Positions 27,363 to 37,873 of a stretch of 64,000 bases of DNA are shown piece by piece. This DNA is from an uncultured Chitinophagaceae bacterium (GTDB lineage Bacteria; Bacteroidota; Ignavibacteria; UBA10030; UBA8401): contig CAYJMS010000003.1 of assembly GCA_964371615.1 (NCBI GenBank), forward strand, positions 212-64,211, read 5' to 3'. The notes beneath the pieces are model-generated. The model searched no databases and was not told the DNA's origin. It worked only from the letters and a program-made list of their open reading frames with translations. A program made the translations under genes and the position numbers. How positions within the stretch are numbered: position 1 is the stretch's first letter; the number at the start of each line of letters is the position of its first letter.

Positions 27363-28315
27363 ACCAATCCGCCATTTCCGTTAAAAATCTTGTGAAAGAA
27401 TATTCCGGCAAGGGATTGGCGCCGTTCCGCGCCGTGGACGGGATTTCGTTTGACGTAATAAAAGGAGAGATCTTCGGATTGCTCGGACCAAACGGCGCAG
27501 GGAAATCGACCACGATCAAGATTCTGACAACGTTGATTCCGCCGACATCCGGCATTGCGACAGTGAATGACTTTGATGTTGTGACACACTCGACCGACGT
27601 TCGCAAAAACATCTGCGTGGTGATACAGGAGAATGCCGTCGATACGTATCTGACCGTGAAGAATAATTTTCTGACATTCGGCAAATTTCACGGGCTCACG
27701 CGCAACGAGACGGAAATGCGGTCAGCACGCGTCATAGAACTATTCGGATTGAAAGAGATACTGCCGCAGCGCGCCATGGACTTGAGCGGCGGCATGAAAC
27801 GGCGGCTGCAGGTCGCCAAAATGTTCTTCATCGACAAACCAATTGTTTTTCTGGACGAGGCAACGACGGGAATGGATACGTTCAACAAGCGGGCTACCAT
27901 CGCCGCCATTAAGGAAGAATCCCGCCGCGGCAGGACGATTGTTTTAACGACACACATGCTGGACGAAGCGGAGGAACTGTGCGATTCCATCGCCATCATC
28001 AATCACGGCAGAATCATTGCCGGCGGGACCACCGGTGACGTAAAGAAGATGGGGTTGGCGATGTATTCCCTCTCACTGAAAGTAAAACAACTGACAAAAC
28101 CATTACGGAAATTTTTGGATGATCTGCATCCCTCCAAGATGGAAATCATCGGCAACGACATCGACATGACCGTGCGAAGTCATACCGAAGCAATGAAGGT
28201 GCTCTCTCTGTTTCAATCAAAAAGAATGCTGCTCAATTTCGAAATGTCTTCTGCCTCTCTGGAGGATGTCTTTGTCACACTTCTGGAACAGCGGCAACCG
28301 GAGGAAAGAGAATGA
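27359..28315 (+). CDS. ABC-2 exporter ATP-binding protein
   Basis: GPNGAGKS, LSGGMKRR, FLDE. Confidence 0.92.
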   Translation: MNQSAISVKNLVKEYSGKGLAPFRAVDGISFDVIKGEIFGLLGPNGAGKSTTIKILTTLIPPTSGIATVNDFDVVTHSTDVRKNICVVIQENAVDTYLTVKNNFLTFGKFHGLTRNETEMRSARVIELFGLKEILPQRAMDLSGGMKRRLQVAKMFFIDKPIVFLDEATTGMDTFNKRATIAAIKEESRRGRTIVLTTHMLDEAEELCDSIAIINHGRIIAGGTTGDVKKMGLAMYSLSLKVKQLTKPLRKFLDDLHPSKMEIIGNDIDMTVRSHTEAMKVLSLFQSKRMLLNFEMSSASLEDVFVTLLEQRQPEERE

Positions 28316-29073
28316 AGAACATTATTGCCGTCGTGTACCGGGATGCTCTCATTCGTCTCACCAGTCTCACATGGTTTTTCTTTGACCTTGCGGTTCCGCT
28401 CCTGTATTTATTGATGTTCGGCGTCGGTTTCGACAAGGCGGTCGGCATGGGGATGATGACCTCCGGCACCGCCGTCAGTTACAATCATTTCTTCCTTGCC
28501 GGCGTATTGTCGATGGCCTGTTTCGGCAGCGCGATCAATCAGGCGTACGGATTCTTTCATGACCGTGAGACGGGGATTTTTTATGAGTTCATGACCTACC
28601 CGATGACGCGGGGGGAATACCTGCTGGGGAAAGTTCTTTTTCAATGCCTGATGTCGGTGGTGCAGGCGGTGCTGACACTGGCAGCGGCGATTGTGCTGCT
28701 TGATATTCCCGTGCGAATCGATCTGCTCCCGTTCACGATCCTTGGAGTGATTATCGGCATTGCGGGGTGGTTTTTTGCACTGTCGATGTTTGCGTTCCGG
28801 ATCAAGCGGAACGACACGTTCAACACATTCATCAACGTTGCATATTTTGTTCTGATGTTCGTCAGCAGCATGTTCTATCCGCTCGATTCGGTTCCCGCAT
28901 GGCTGCGCTATGCAGCGTACGCCAATCCGCTGACCTGGCATACCGATGCATTGAGATATTTCACGATCGGTGTGGGGGATCTTTCTATGGTGGTCTTGGA
29001 GATGACCGGATTCACACTCTTTCTTGTTGCGGCATTCGCTGTTTCTGTGCGGACATTGAAGAGGGCTGCGTGA
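28312..29073 (+). CDS. ABC-2 permease
   Basis: 6 TM segments, SSMFYP, NPLTW..DALR. Confidence 0.9.
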   Translation: MKNIIAVVYRDALIRLTSLTWFFFDLAVPLLYLLMFGVGFDKAVGMGMMTSGTAVSYNHFFLAGVLSMACFGSAINQAYGFFHDRETGIFYEFMTYPMTRGEYLLGKVLFQCLMSVVQAVLTLAAAIVLLDIPVRIDLLPFTILGVIIGIAGWFFALSMFAFRIKRNDTFNTFINVAYFVLMFVSSMFYPLDSVPAWLRYAAYANPLTWHTDALRYFTIGVGDLSMVVLEMTGFTLFLVAAFAVSVRTLKRAA

Positions 29074-29109
29074 GGTCTGATCGGTGATATTGTGATTTGA
29101 GTGTATATC

Positions 29110-29226
29110 AAATACTAAAGATTGTCGCCCCGAGCGTAGACGAGGGGTGACAATTCGGAGAAAATCATGCCTCGACGCAGTTTATCCGCCGAAGGCGGAC
29201 TCGGCATGACATTGAACTTGTATTTT
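29110..29226. repeat. MITE-like palindromic repeat, copy 2
   Basis: Core 29123-29211 nearly identical to 24247-24335. Confidence 0.85.
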
Positions 29227-29256
29227 TGTGTTGACCTCTACGTAAATTCCAAAAAT

Positions 29257-29742
29257 TTATCCCCCGTACAATTCTCTCGAACCTACTTTCACTCCCATCA
29301 TTTTCAGATACATAAACAATTCCGCTTTGTGATTCAGGTGATGCGCCACGGTAAACAATGCGTACCGCCATTTCTCCTGCGAACCAAATTGCGGCGTGTC
29401 GACCGAGGCGGTGAGAAATTCATTTTCGCTCATCGTGCGAAAGACATTATAGAAATATTCCGCATTCTCTTTATAGAGAGCGATCGCCTGCTCCGTCGTT
29501 GCCGTCTCCACCCTCCGATTGGCGAGAAAGATATGCCGGAGCGACGGGAGCGCCCATTCGTTCTTCGCAATCCCGTCCGCATTAAACCGGAGCGCCTGCG
29601 CCATGTGCATCATCAATTGACCGCAGGAAAACGATTCCGGTGTCGGTTTCCATTCGATCTTGTCCGGCGGTACCAGAGCGAACAACGGTTCGGTCGGCCG
29701 AAGCATCTGCTCGGCATAGGAGATAAATTGTAATGGCGTCAT
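29257..29742 (-). CDS. DinB-family protein
   Basis: WKP...S.GQL..H, HHLNHKAELFMYL. Confidence 0.85.
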   Translation of the reverse strand: MTPLQFISYAEQMLRPTEPLFALVPPDKIEWKPTPESFSCGQLMMHMAQALRFNADGIAKNEWALPSLRHIFLANRRVETATTEQAIALYKENAEYFYNVFRTMSENEFLTASVDTPQFGSQEKWRYALFTVAHHLNHKAELFMYLKMMGVKVGSRELYGG

Positions 29743-29769
29743 TGTGATCCTTTTTGTTCAGTAAAAACG

Positions 29770-29952
29770 CTATCCTTCGAATTCCGCATCAATAACAATA
29801 TGCTCCCCCTCAATCCGGATTGTCAGCACATTCGGGCGGCAGCAGACCGCGCAATCCTCGGTCAAAACCTGATGCGTTCCCCCTTCCGGATCGACAAACA
29901 GGTCGTTTTCCTCCCCGCAAAAAGCGCACAAAAATGATTGCTGCAGTTCCAT
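29770..29952 (-). CDS. CPXCG-motif cysteine-rich small protein
   Basis: MELQQSFLCAFCGEE...EDCAVCCRP (60 aa). Confidence 0.85.
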   Translation of the reverse strand: MELQQSFLCAFCGEENDLFVDPEGGTHQVLTEDCAVCCRPNVLTIRIEGEHIVIDAEFEG

Positions 29953-30113
29953 GGAACAAAATAGTAATTGGGTCGTCGAAAAACCAGTCAAAGCGAACGC
30001 GGCGGGGGGTATTCGGAAATCGTTGCTTGTAACCCCTAATTTCATTATTTTTATACACTTACAACGATTTTTTTGGTCCGATTTGTTTAACAAACTATAG
30101 GGAGATTTTTTGT

Positions 30114-32201
30114 ATGCGTTTGATGAACTCAAAGACATTGTTGAACACCATTCCGTTTCTCCTTTTAACGGCGGGAATAATCGGTTGCAGCGGCGCCTAT
30201 GTGGCCGATGTTGCCGGTGAAAAGATCTCCGTTGCCGATTTTGAGCAAGTCTATGCGAAAAACAACGGCGGTTGGGATGCAGCGGCAAAGACATCGCTGG
30301 AAGAGAAACAAAAATTCCTCGATCTGTACGTGAAATTCCGATTAAAAGTGAAAGAAGCATACGCCAAAGGATACGATAAAGATCCGGAATTGCAACGCGA
30401 ACTTGCCGACTATCGGAAAAACCTCGGTATCTCGTACATGCTCGACCAGGAGATTACCGGACCGGCGATTGAGCAGATGTACAAGCGCCGTTCGGAAGAG
30501 CGTCGTGCCAGCCATATCCTTATCCGATTGGGCGAGAATCCTTCCCCCGAAGACACATTGAAAGCATACAACACGATTATTGCACTCCTCGATTCTATTA
30601 AAAAGGGAACCAGCTTCGAATCGGTCGCCCGAAACAATTCGCAGGATCCTTCCGCGCAGTACAACGGAGGCGATCTGTACTATTTCACCTCCGGAACGAT
30701 GGTGCCGGAATTTGAAGATGCGATCTTCACGCTGAAGGTCGGAGAATTAAGCTGGGTCCGCACGCAATTCGGATACCACGTCGTAAAAGTAACCGACATC
30801 CAGAAAAATCAGGGAAGCGTCCACGTCAGCCACATCATGAAGCGCCTCTCGCCGCAGCCGACACCGGAAGATTCGGCGAAAGCAGCGGAAGAATTGCTTG
30901 CAGTGCGCGATTCGATTTTAAAAGGGGGCGACTTCGCCGAATTCGCACGGACAATGTCCGACGATACATTCAGCGGACAGCGCGGCGGCGATCTGGGATT
31001 TGTCGATCGCGGACGGACCGTGCGGGAATTCGACGACGTGATGTTTAAGATGAAGGACGGAGAACTTTCCGGCATCGTGAAGACGCAGTTCGGCCTGCAT
31101 CTGGTGAAGCGTCATGAAACGCGCGGCGTTGCACCGTTCAACGAGATCGAACAATCGCTCCGGACCGAATATCAACGCAGCCGGTTCCAGTATGATTACG
31201 ACAGAATGATCCAGAAGATCAAAAACACCTATCAATTCGCACGGAATGAATCGGCATTGAATGCATTCGCCGTCGCGGTCGATACCACCAAGACTACTGC
31301 CGACGCGCAATGGGACAGCAGCATCACTGCCTCCGTCCGCGATCAAGTGCTCTTTACCTACGGCACCGTGAAAACAACCGTCGGCACCGTCATCGGTCAG
31401 GTAAACGAGATTTCCGAACTGCGGGCGCTGCCGCTGAAAAATCCACAATCAATCGAGACGATCGCCGACAAGATCGGAACGAATTTGATCGCGGAATATC
31501 ATGCGCGTCAGATGGAAGGAAAATTTCCCGACTTCGCCCGCACGATGAAAGAATATGAGGACGGTATCCTGTTGTTCAAAGCTGAGCAGGAGCATGTTTG
31601 GAACAAAGTGCAGCCGACCGATTCCGCATTGCGGTCGTATCATGCGGCACACAGTTCGATGTATACATGGCCGGACAGAATCAATATTCAGGAAATTCAT
31701 GTTAAAACCGACAGTGTGGCAAAACTGGTGCTGAAATCGCTGAACGGATACACGGTCGATTCGCTCGTGGCAAAAAAGAAACGGACCCGGTCGCGCACGC
31801 CGCAATTCGATACGCTGAAGATTGCCGTCGCACCGATCTCGTTCGATTCCGCCGCAGCGCTTTACAATACCCGCGGAACGACCAAAGACACCCGCGGCGT
31901 TTGGGGACTGGTCCCCGTCACGACCAACGATCTGACCAGCCGCGGCTGGCATTTGGCGGCGAGGGATTCCCTGCAGTATTTCCCGTTTGAGGGAGGATTC
32001 TCGTTTACAAAAGTGATCGAAAAAGATCCGGCCCGCGAAAAGACATTTGAAGAGGCGCAATCCGAAGTTTCCGGTGCATTTCAGGAATATGAAACTAAAC
32101 GGTTGAGCGACGGATGGTACGAAACATTGAAGGCGAAATATCCGGTGGTGCTCAACGCCGAGGGATTACAGAAAACATTTACATCGGCTCCGAAGCAGTG
32201 A
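30114..32201 (+). CDS. Parvulin-type peptidylprolyl isomerase (SurA/PrsA-like lipoprotein)
   Basis: ASHILI, SQD...GGDL, TQFGYH repeated rotamase domains. Confidence 0.9.
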   Translation: MRLMNSKTLLNTIPFLLLTAGIIGCSGAYVADVAGEKISVADFEQVYAKNNGGWDAAAKTSLEEKQKFLDLYVKFRLKVKEAYAKGYDKDPELQRELADYRKNLGISYMLDQEITGPAIEQMYKRRSEERRASHILIRLGENPSPEDTLKAYNTIIALLDSIKKGTSFESVARNNSQDPSAQYNGGDLYYFTSGTMVPEFEDAIFTLKVGELSWVRTQFGYHVVKVTDIQKNQGSVHVSHIMKRLSPQPTPEDSAKAAEELLAVRDSILKGGDFAEFARTMSDDTFSGQRGGDLGFVDRGRTVREFDDVMFKMKDGELSGIVKTQFGLHLVKRHETRGVAPFNEIEQSLRTEYQRSRFQYDYDRMIQKIKNTYQFARNESALNAFAVAVDTTKTTADAQWDSSITASVRDQVLFTYGTVKTTVGTVIGQVNEISELRALPLKNPQSIETIADKIGTNLIAEYHARQMEGKFPDFARTMKEYEDGILLFKAEQEHVWNKVQPTDSALRSYHAAHSSMYTWPDRINIQEIHVKTDSVAKLVLKSLNGYTVDSLVAKKKRTRSRTPQFDTLKIAVAPISFDSAAALYNTRGTTKDTRGVWGLVPVTTNDLTSRGWHLAARDSLQYFPFEGGFSFTKVIEKDPAREKTFEEAQSEVSGAFQEYETKRLSDGWYETLKAKYPVVLNAEGLQKTFTSAPKQ

Positions 32202-32222
32202 GGCAGAACGACTAACCGATCC

Positions 32223-33110
32223 ATGAAACATTCTCCCGACATCAAGGAAAGCGTTCACGGACGCTTTCCTTTCTTTTTTTTGCTGGCAGCGGTTCTGGCC
32301 CTATGGGGCTGCGAACAGAGCCAGCCGGCGGGCCGCGTGGTGGCGCGGGTAAACAACTCCGTGCTCACGATGGAAATGATTCGCGAGCGGGTCGATTCCA
32401 ACCGCGTTTTAAATGAGACCGATATCCGTCAGTTCGTCAACCGGTGGATCACCAACGAACTGCTCTACCAGGAATCGCTCCAGAAAGGGATCGAGAATAC
32501 CGACGTCATCGAACGCAAGGTCGAAGAGGCACGGAAGCAATTGTCGATCGCGGAACTATTGGAGCAGGAAGTCTATGCGGCGGCGGAGCGGTCGATCCAG
32601 AACAGCGAAGTGGCGGCGTATTACCAATCGCACAGCAGCGAGTATATGCTGAGCGACGATCTCGTCCGGCTGTCGGTCATCATCTTCAACACAAACGCGG
32701 CGGCATCTCGATTCCGTTCATCCGCGCTCGGCGAAACCGGATGGGATGAGAGCGTCAGAATATTCCACGAGGATAACGGTAACGGCGTCGTTTCGTATTC
32801 CGACTCGCTCTTCTTTACGCAGCCGTCGCTCTATCCCCCGGAACTCTGGAAAGTCGCAACGGCGCTCGGCATGTTCGAAGTGTCGTTCCCCGTCAACACG
32901 AGCATCGGATATGTGGTGATGCGTTCCCTGGGCCAGTATAAAAAGGGAACTCTTTCGCCGATCCATTACATACAAAACGATATCCGCCACCGCCTGACGA
33001 TGGAACGCCGGCAGCAGCGGTATCAGGAATATATTCAACGATTACGCACCAAACATACTGTCCAGTACATGTATACCGCGGCAGATTCCAACGCACAGGG
33101 AGGATTGTAG
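32223..33110 (+). CDS. SurA-N/PPIase-like lipoprotein
   Basis: LWG|C, VVARVN, ELLYQE; middle gene of PPIase cluster. Confidence 0.8.
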   Translation: MKHSPDIKESVHGRFPFFFLLAAVLALWGCEQSQPAGRVVARVNNSVLTMEMIRERVDSNRVLNETDIRQFVNRWITNELLYQESLQKGIENTDVIERKVEEARKQLSIAELLEQEVYAAAERSIQNSEVAAYYQSHSSEYMLSDDLVRLSVIIFNTNAAASRFRSSALGETGWDESVRIFHEDNGNGVVSYSDSLFFTQPSLYPPELWKVATALGMFEVSFPVNTSIGYVVMRSLGQYKKGTLSPIHYIQNDIRHRLTMERRQQRYQEYIQRLRTKHTVQYMYTAADSNAQGGL

Positions 33111-33113
33111 CGC

Positions 33114-34388
33114 ATGACCATCACTCGAAAAATTATTATCGTTGCCGGCATTATTGCCCTCACCGCACCGGCGCAGACAACGCTGGACAAAATTGTTGCG
33201 GTCGTGGACCGGGAGGCGATCATGCTCTCCGACCTCACCTTTACAGTGCAACAGGTCGCGCTGCAGAACCGGCTGGATCCCGCTTCGCCGGAACTGCGCG
33301 AACGGGTACTGGACGGGATGATCAACGATAAATTAGTGCTTGCGCAGGCGATTGAGGACAGTATTATCGTGACCGAAGAAGAAGTGACGGAGCGGCTCGA
33401 ACAGCAGATCACCCGGCTCACCTATCAGGCCGGCGGGCAGGATCAGCTGGAAAAGATCTACGGCATGTCGGTCAACAGGATGAAACGCGATTTTCAATTC
33501 CGCGACCTGATCCGGAAGCAGCTGCTGACGCAGAAGATCCAGCAGCAGCGACAGGCGGCGCTCTCCGTCTCCCGCCGCGAAGTGGAAGAATTCTTCGCGA
33601 CGTACAAGGACAGCATTCCGATGGTGCCGACAGAATTCGAACTGAGCCACATCTATCTTGAACCGAAACCCGATTCTTCCGTGCTGAACGCGCTGTACGC
33701 AAAGGCACAGGCGATTGCGGACAGTATTACCGGCGGCGGGGATTTCGCAGAATTTGCCAAGCGGTATTCGTCCGACGGCTCGGCGGAGAACGGCGGCGAT
33801 CTCGGTTTTGCCCGGCGCGGTTCGTTTGTGAAGGAATTCGAGGAAGTCGCATTTACGCTGCGCGAGAACGAAATATCAAAACCGGTAAAAACGCAGTTTG
33901 GGTATCATATTATTCAGCTGATGGAGCGTCGCGGCGACGCGGTGCGAACCCGTCATATTCTCTTTCCTGTCGCAACATCCCAGGCAAACGACGATTCTGC
34001 TATCGTGCGGTTGACCCGGATACGGGCGGAAGCATTGGCGGGAGAACCGTTCGGAGTGCTGGCGCGTAAATACTCCGAAGATACCGATTCCAAAGATGTC
34101 GGCGGCGAACTGGGAAAGGTCGCCGTAGACCAGTTGGAACCGTCCTATGCCGATTTTGTGAAAAATGCCAAGGCGGGAGAAATCAGCGAGCCGAGAAAGA
34201 TTACCGTGGAAAACCGCTACGGGTACCACATCATTCTCGTCCGATCGGTGACTCCGGAGCATATGATCAATCTGGACGACGATTACCGGCGTCTTGAACA
34301 ATTGGCGCTGCAGTTCAAATTGTCCAATAATTACCAGCAATGGGTCGAAGAGATGCGAAAGAACATCTATTGGGAAAAGAAATTGTAA
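33114..34388 (+). CDS. surA: Chaperone SurA
   Basis: LDKIVAVVD, two rotamase domains. Confidence 0.85.
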   Translation: MTITRKIIIVAGIIALTAPAQTTLDKIVAVVDREAIMLSDLTFTVQQVALQNRLDPASPELRERVLDGMINDKLVLAQAIEDSIIVTEEEVTERLEQQITRLTYQAGGQDQLEKIYGMSVNRMKRDFQFRDLIRKQLLTQKIQQQRQAALSVSRREVEEFFATYKDSIPMVPTEFELSHIYLEPKPDSSVLNALYAKAQAIADSITGGGDFAEFAKRYSSDGSAENGGDLGFARRGSFVKEFEEVAFTLRENEISKPVKTQFGYHIIQLMERRGDAVRTRHILFPVATSQANDDSAIVRLTRIRAEALAGEPFGVLARKYSEDTDSKDVGGELGKVAVDQLEPSYADFVKNAKAGEISEPRKITVENRYGYHIILVRSVTPEHMINLDDDYRRLEQLALQFKLSNNYQQWVEEMRKNIYWEKKL

Positions 34389-34449
34389 ATTCTTGAGATT
34401 TTTTTTATATTAACATACTGTCAGCACCACTATCAAGCGAAGGGATACA

Positions 34450-34704
34450 ATGGCACAACATAAATCTTCCGAAAAAAGGATCCGATCGACCGCAACCCGG
34501 AAAAAACGGAACGCCGAACAAAAGTCAGCAATGAAAACATTGTTGAAAAAAGTACGCGGTGAGAAGGACAAAACAAAAGCAGCATTGGTCTTGAAAGAGA
34601 CAGTATCGCTGCTGGATAAACTCGCCGGAAAACGCGTGATCCATCCGAATAAAGCGGCCAATCAGAAAGCAAAGCTGACGAAGGCCGTGAACAAATTGAT
34701 GTAA
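34450..34704 (+). CDS. rpsT: 30S ribosomal protein S20
   Basis: MAQHKSSEKRIR...IHPNKAANQKAKL. Confidence 0.97.
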   Translation: MAQHKSSEKRIRSTATRKKRNAEQKSAMKTLLKKVRGEKDKTKAALVLKETVSLLDKLAGKRVIHPNKAANQKAKLTKAVNKLM

Positions 34705-34724
34705 CTACAACGTCGGCATCAATG

Positions 34725-34753
34725 AAAAAGGCGGCTATGAGCCGCCTTTTTTT
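34725..34753. terminator. Bidirectional intrinsic terminator
   Basis: AAAAAGGCGGCT-ATG-AGCCGCCTTTTTTT. Confidence 0.9.
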
Positions 34754-34756
34754 GTT

Positions 34757-36013
34757 TTACATCGTTCCGTCTTTCTCCATCTGCAGACGCTGCAACTCCT
34801 TTACTCTCAGTTGAAACTCCGCCGTTTTTCCCGGCTGCGTAAACATCAGTATCTCGTACGCCTGTATGGCGGCGGTATATTCCCCCTGCGATGCGTAGAT
34901 TTCGGCAAGCGTCGGGGTGACCATTTCCGTTTCAAACGATTGAGACTCCGCTTCTTCGACCGGCGGCGGTTCGGCGGGACGGAAATTCTCCTTCGGTACG
35001 ATTCTATCCGCATTTTGAAGCCGCTCTGCGAGATCGTCGATGGTCGGCTCTGCCGGAGCCGGTGTTTCCTGGGCAGATGCCGTTTCTTCGGCAAACAATT
35101 GCGCCTGTTCCGGTGACGTAAAAACTATTTCCGGCTCATCGGCGGGCTGCGGGGTAATGACGTCGGTCTCCGGTTCGGACACGGGTTGTTCAAATACCGG
35201 TTCTTCAGTTACGGTAAGTACGGGCTCTTCATTCTGAACAACTTCCGGTGAAGCAATCGGTTCTTCAAATACCGTTGCTTCGGGAAGAGGTTGTTCAACC
35301 TCCATCGTCAATTCCGTCGCCGGTTCGAATTCGGAAAAGGATGTCTCTTCCGTCGTAACGGATCCGGCGCTCTGAAGCTGCTCCGCGTCGGTTTCTATAG
35401 CATCCTGCGGCGGTGCGGATGAGAGAGAAAGATATTCGTCCAGTGCCATAGCCGGAGAAGTGTCGATCCGGTCTTTGTTTTGTTCTGCATATTCATCGAA
35501 CGACGGAAATTGTCCCGGCGTAGAAGCCGGTGTGTACGACGGAGTTTGATCGAATGACGGTTCGGCGGAACGCGTGTATGACAATTCTTCATCGCTGACC
35601 ATCCCGATGGGAGTAGCGGCCTCCTGCTGAGGCAATTGTTCCTCCGTTGCCGGTGTCGGCGATGCAAAATAATTTTCATCCGTTGTCCGGTCGGATTCAT
35701 CCGGCGTGCTCGGCAGCGATCGCATCAACTGCACCGCCATTTGGTTAAACGGCGCCAGATGCTTTGCCGTTGCAAACGCTGTTCTCGCTTTTGAATACTC
35801 CTTGAGCGCAGTGTGCACCTTCCCCATCACGATATATCCCGCATAATATTCCGGAAAGTTTTCCAGTCCCTCTTTGCACAACGAAAGCGCTTCGACGGTC
35901 TGCTCCTTGTAAAGATAGAAATCAGCCAGCCGTGCAAACAACGGAGAGCGCGGATTTTCGGAAATCTTTTGCGTCAGAAATTCTATGTCAAATTCTATTG
36001 TTTCTTCGTTCAT
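34757..36013 (-). CDS. TPR-containing protein with acidic Pro/Glu linker
   Basis: N-terminal TPR, C-terminal TPTLAEIYASQG. Confidence 0.8.
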   Translation of the reverse strand: MNEETIEFDIEFLTQKISENPRSPLFARLADFYLYKEQTVEALSLCKEGLENFPEYYAGYIVMGKVHTALKEYSKARTAFATAKHLAPFNQMAVQLMRSLPSTPDESDRTTDENYFASPTPATEEQLPQQEAATPIGMVSDEELSYTRSAEPSFDQTPSYTPASTPGQFPSFDEYAEQNKDRIDTSPAMALDEYLSLSSAPPQDAIETDAEQLQSAGSVTTEETSFSEFEPATELTMEVEQPLPEATVFEEPIASPEVVQNEEPVLTVTEEPVFEQPVSEPETDVITPQPADEPEIVFTSPEQAQLFAEETASAQETPAPAEPTIDDLAERLQNADRIVPKENFRPAEPPPVEEAESQSFETEMVTPTLAEIYASQGEYTAAIQAYEILMFTQPGKTAEFQLRVKELQRLQMEKDGTM

Positions 36014-36104
36014 GCTTCAAAAATAGGTGAGTTAAAGATCAATTGCAAGAAAGGTTTGGTTTTCTTTGATTTGTTTTGTACCGTAAAAACAAAAAAAGGA
36101 TCGT

Positions 36105-37820
36105 ATGAGCTGGATCGTCGGTATGATCGGCGACGCTATTCCCGAAATCGAACAGAAAGCGATACTCTCCCGGTACAAACACTCCGGAACGACTGTCAGA
36201 ATACAGGGGACGTTCCTTGCGATCGCCGGCGGCAATCCCGACACGTCGGTTTCCCATGCGGATGATTCTCTTGCTATTCTTGTGGCCGGCATCGGTATTC
36301 TGCGTTCTTCTCCCTCCTCTTCGTCCATCCTTACGGCGCAAGACTGGGTGAAGCGACTGACGCCGGAGATTCCGGTGATCGGCGATCTCGACGGCCATTT
36401 TATTATCCTCCGTTATCGGAACGGTATTCTTGAATGTTTTTCTGATAGAGTGGGACTCCGGACACTGTATGCTGCCAAAACGCATTTTGGCTGGGTGTTC
36501 GGAACACGATTGGATGCGGTCTGCTCATTGCTCCCCTCAACATCGATTGATTGGAAGACATTCGGTTCGCGCTGGCTTTGCGTGCAGCAATGTTCGCACG
36601 AGAGCCCTGTCAATGGAATCCGTAAGATTCCGCCAAACGGCACATTCCGCATGTCCGTCAATGAAATCGCCGTCTCCTCAACGCCATGGTTGTCGTACAC
36701 CGCCGCCCCTTCTTCTCCGCGGCAGACGATTGAATTGCTTCGCTCATTCATAACGGTACACGATACAACAATGAGGCTGGGTTTATCCGGCGGACTCGAC
36801 TCGCGGGTCTTGCTTGCCCTGCTTGCTTCCTCCGGCCAGTCATACTCGACGTACGCGTTCGGCGGTTCGAATGAACCGGATGTTGCGTTGGCGGAACGAC
36901 TATGCCGCGCCGAAGGAATTCGATTTCGTCACATCGAGGAATCGTTTCCGTCTGCCGATCAATGTGTATCGATGATGCAGGAGTATGTGCGGCGGACACA
37001 TCTGGTGGAAGGCGCCGCCTCCTCCGTTCGGCTTCGGTATTATTCCGCACTGCATGAGCCGAACAGCATCATGATTGACGGCGGCAACGGGGAGATATTG
37101 CGGCGACAATTTCTACGGAGGATTTCATTTTACGCAAAGGACGATCTATTGCACCGCCGTACGGACCGATTGCTCCCCTATTTTCTGCTCCATCGGGCGG
37201 ATATTTTCAACAAGGATATTTCGGTGCGGATGCATGAAGGAGCGGCGGCCGATCTCGACCGGTCATTGCAGTCGCTTCCGTCGCCGCAGATAATCGGTGA
37301 GGAGAATTTTTTGGACGCGTGGACGATCACCACGCGGATTCCTATCGTTGCGTGCGACGAACAGGCCCGTATTGATGAATCGGCAATAAACTTTATGCCG
37401 TTCTCACAGCCGAGTGTGTTGCAAAGCGCTATATCGCTCCCATTGGCAAATCGGCGCAACAATCGGCTCTCCAAAAATATCATCCGCACATGCTCCCCAT
37501 CGTTATCGCGATATCCGTTGGTCAAGAACGGCATTGCCTATCCGTATGGTCTCACGACACTTCAGTCTCGGTTATGGACGGCAATCCGTTCGCGTCTCGA
37601 CAGAAGAGACCGTGAAGCCGACCTTCGACTCTTTCTGAATACGGTGAAGGAATACGCGCTCGATGCCGTCCATTCGGCCGACACGCGGAATTATGCACCG
37701 TATGATTATGCCAAGGTGCTTCGGATTGTCACGGGTTATTACAGCGGTAACCGACGGTATGCGCGGGAGGTACAGTGGTGGCTGGCGTTCGATGTGTGGA
37801 GACGCGCAGTGGAAAAATAA
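36105..37820 (+). CDS. Asparagine-synthase-related protein
   Basis: LDGHF, DRVGLRTLY, LSGGLDSR, G..GE. Confidence 0.8.
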   Translation: MSWIVGMIGDAIPEIEQKAILSRYKHSGTTVRIQGTFLAIAGGNPDTSVSHADDSLAILVAGIGILRSSPSSSSILTAQDWVKRLTPEIPVIGDLDGHFIILRYRNGILECFSDRVGLRTLYAAKTHFGWVFGTRLDAVCSLLPSTSIDWKTFGSRWLCVQQCSHESPVNGIRKIPPNGTFRMSVNEIAVSSTPWLSYTAAPSSPRQTIELLRSFITVHDTTMRLGLSGGLDSRVLLALLASSGQSYSTYAFGGSNEPDVALAERLCRAEGIRFRHIEESFPSADQCVSMMQEYVRRTHLVEGAASSVRLRYYSALHEPNSIMIDGGNGEILRRQFLRRISFYAKDDLLHRRTDRLLPYFLLHRADIFNKDISVRMHEGAAADLDRSLQSLPSPQIIGEENFLDAWTITTRIPIVACDEQARIDESAINFMPFSQPSVLQSAISLPLANRRNNRLSKNIIRTCSPSLSRYPLVKNGIAYPYGLTTLQSRLWTAIRSRLDRRDREADLRLFLNTVKEYALDAVHSADTRNYAPYDYAKVLRIVTGYYSGNRRYAREVQWWLAFDVWRRAVEK

Positions 37821-37851
37821 AAAAAACCGGCGCAATTCAGCCGGCTTTTCT
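37820..37851. terminator. Bidirectional terminator
   Basis: AAAAAAACCGGC...GCCGGCTTTTC between convergent genes. Confidence 0.65.
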
Positions 37852-37873
37852 TTACCATCACTTTCTCAAACGG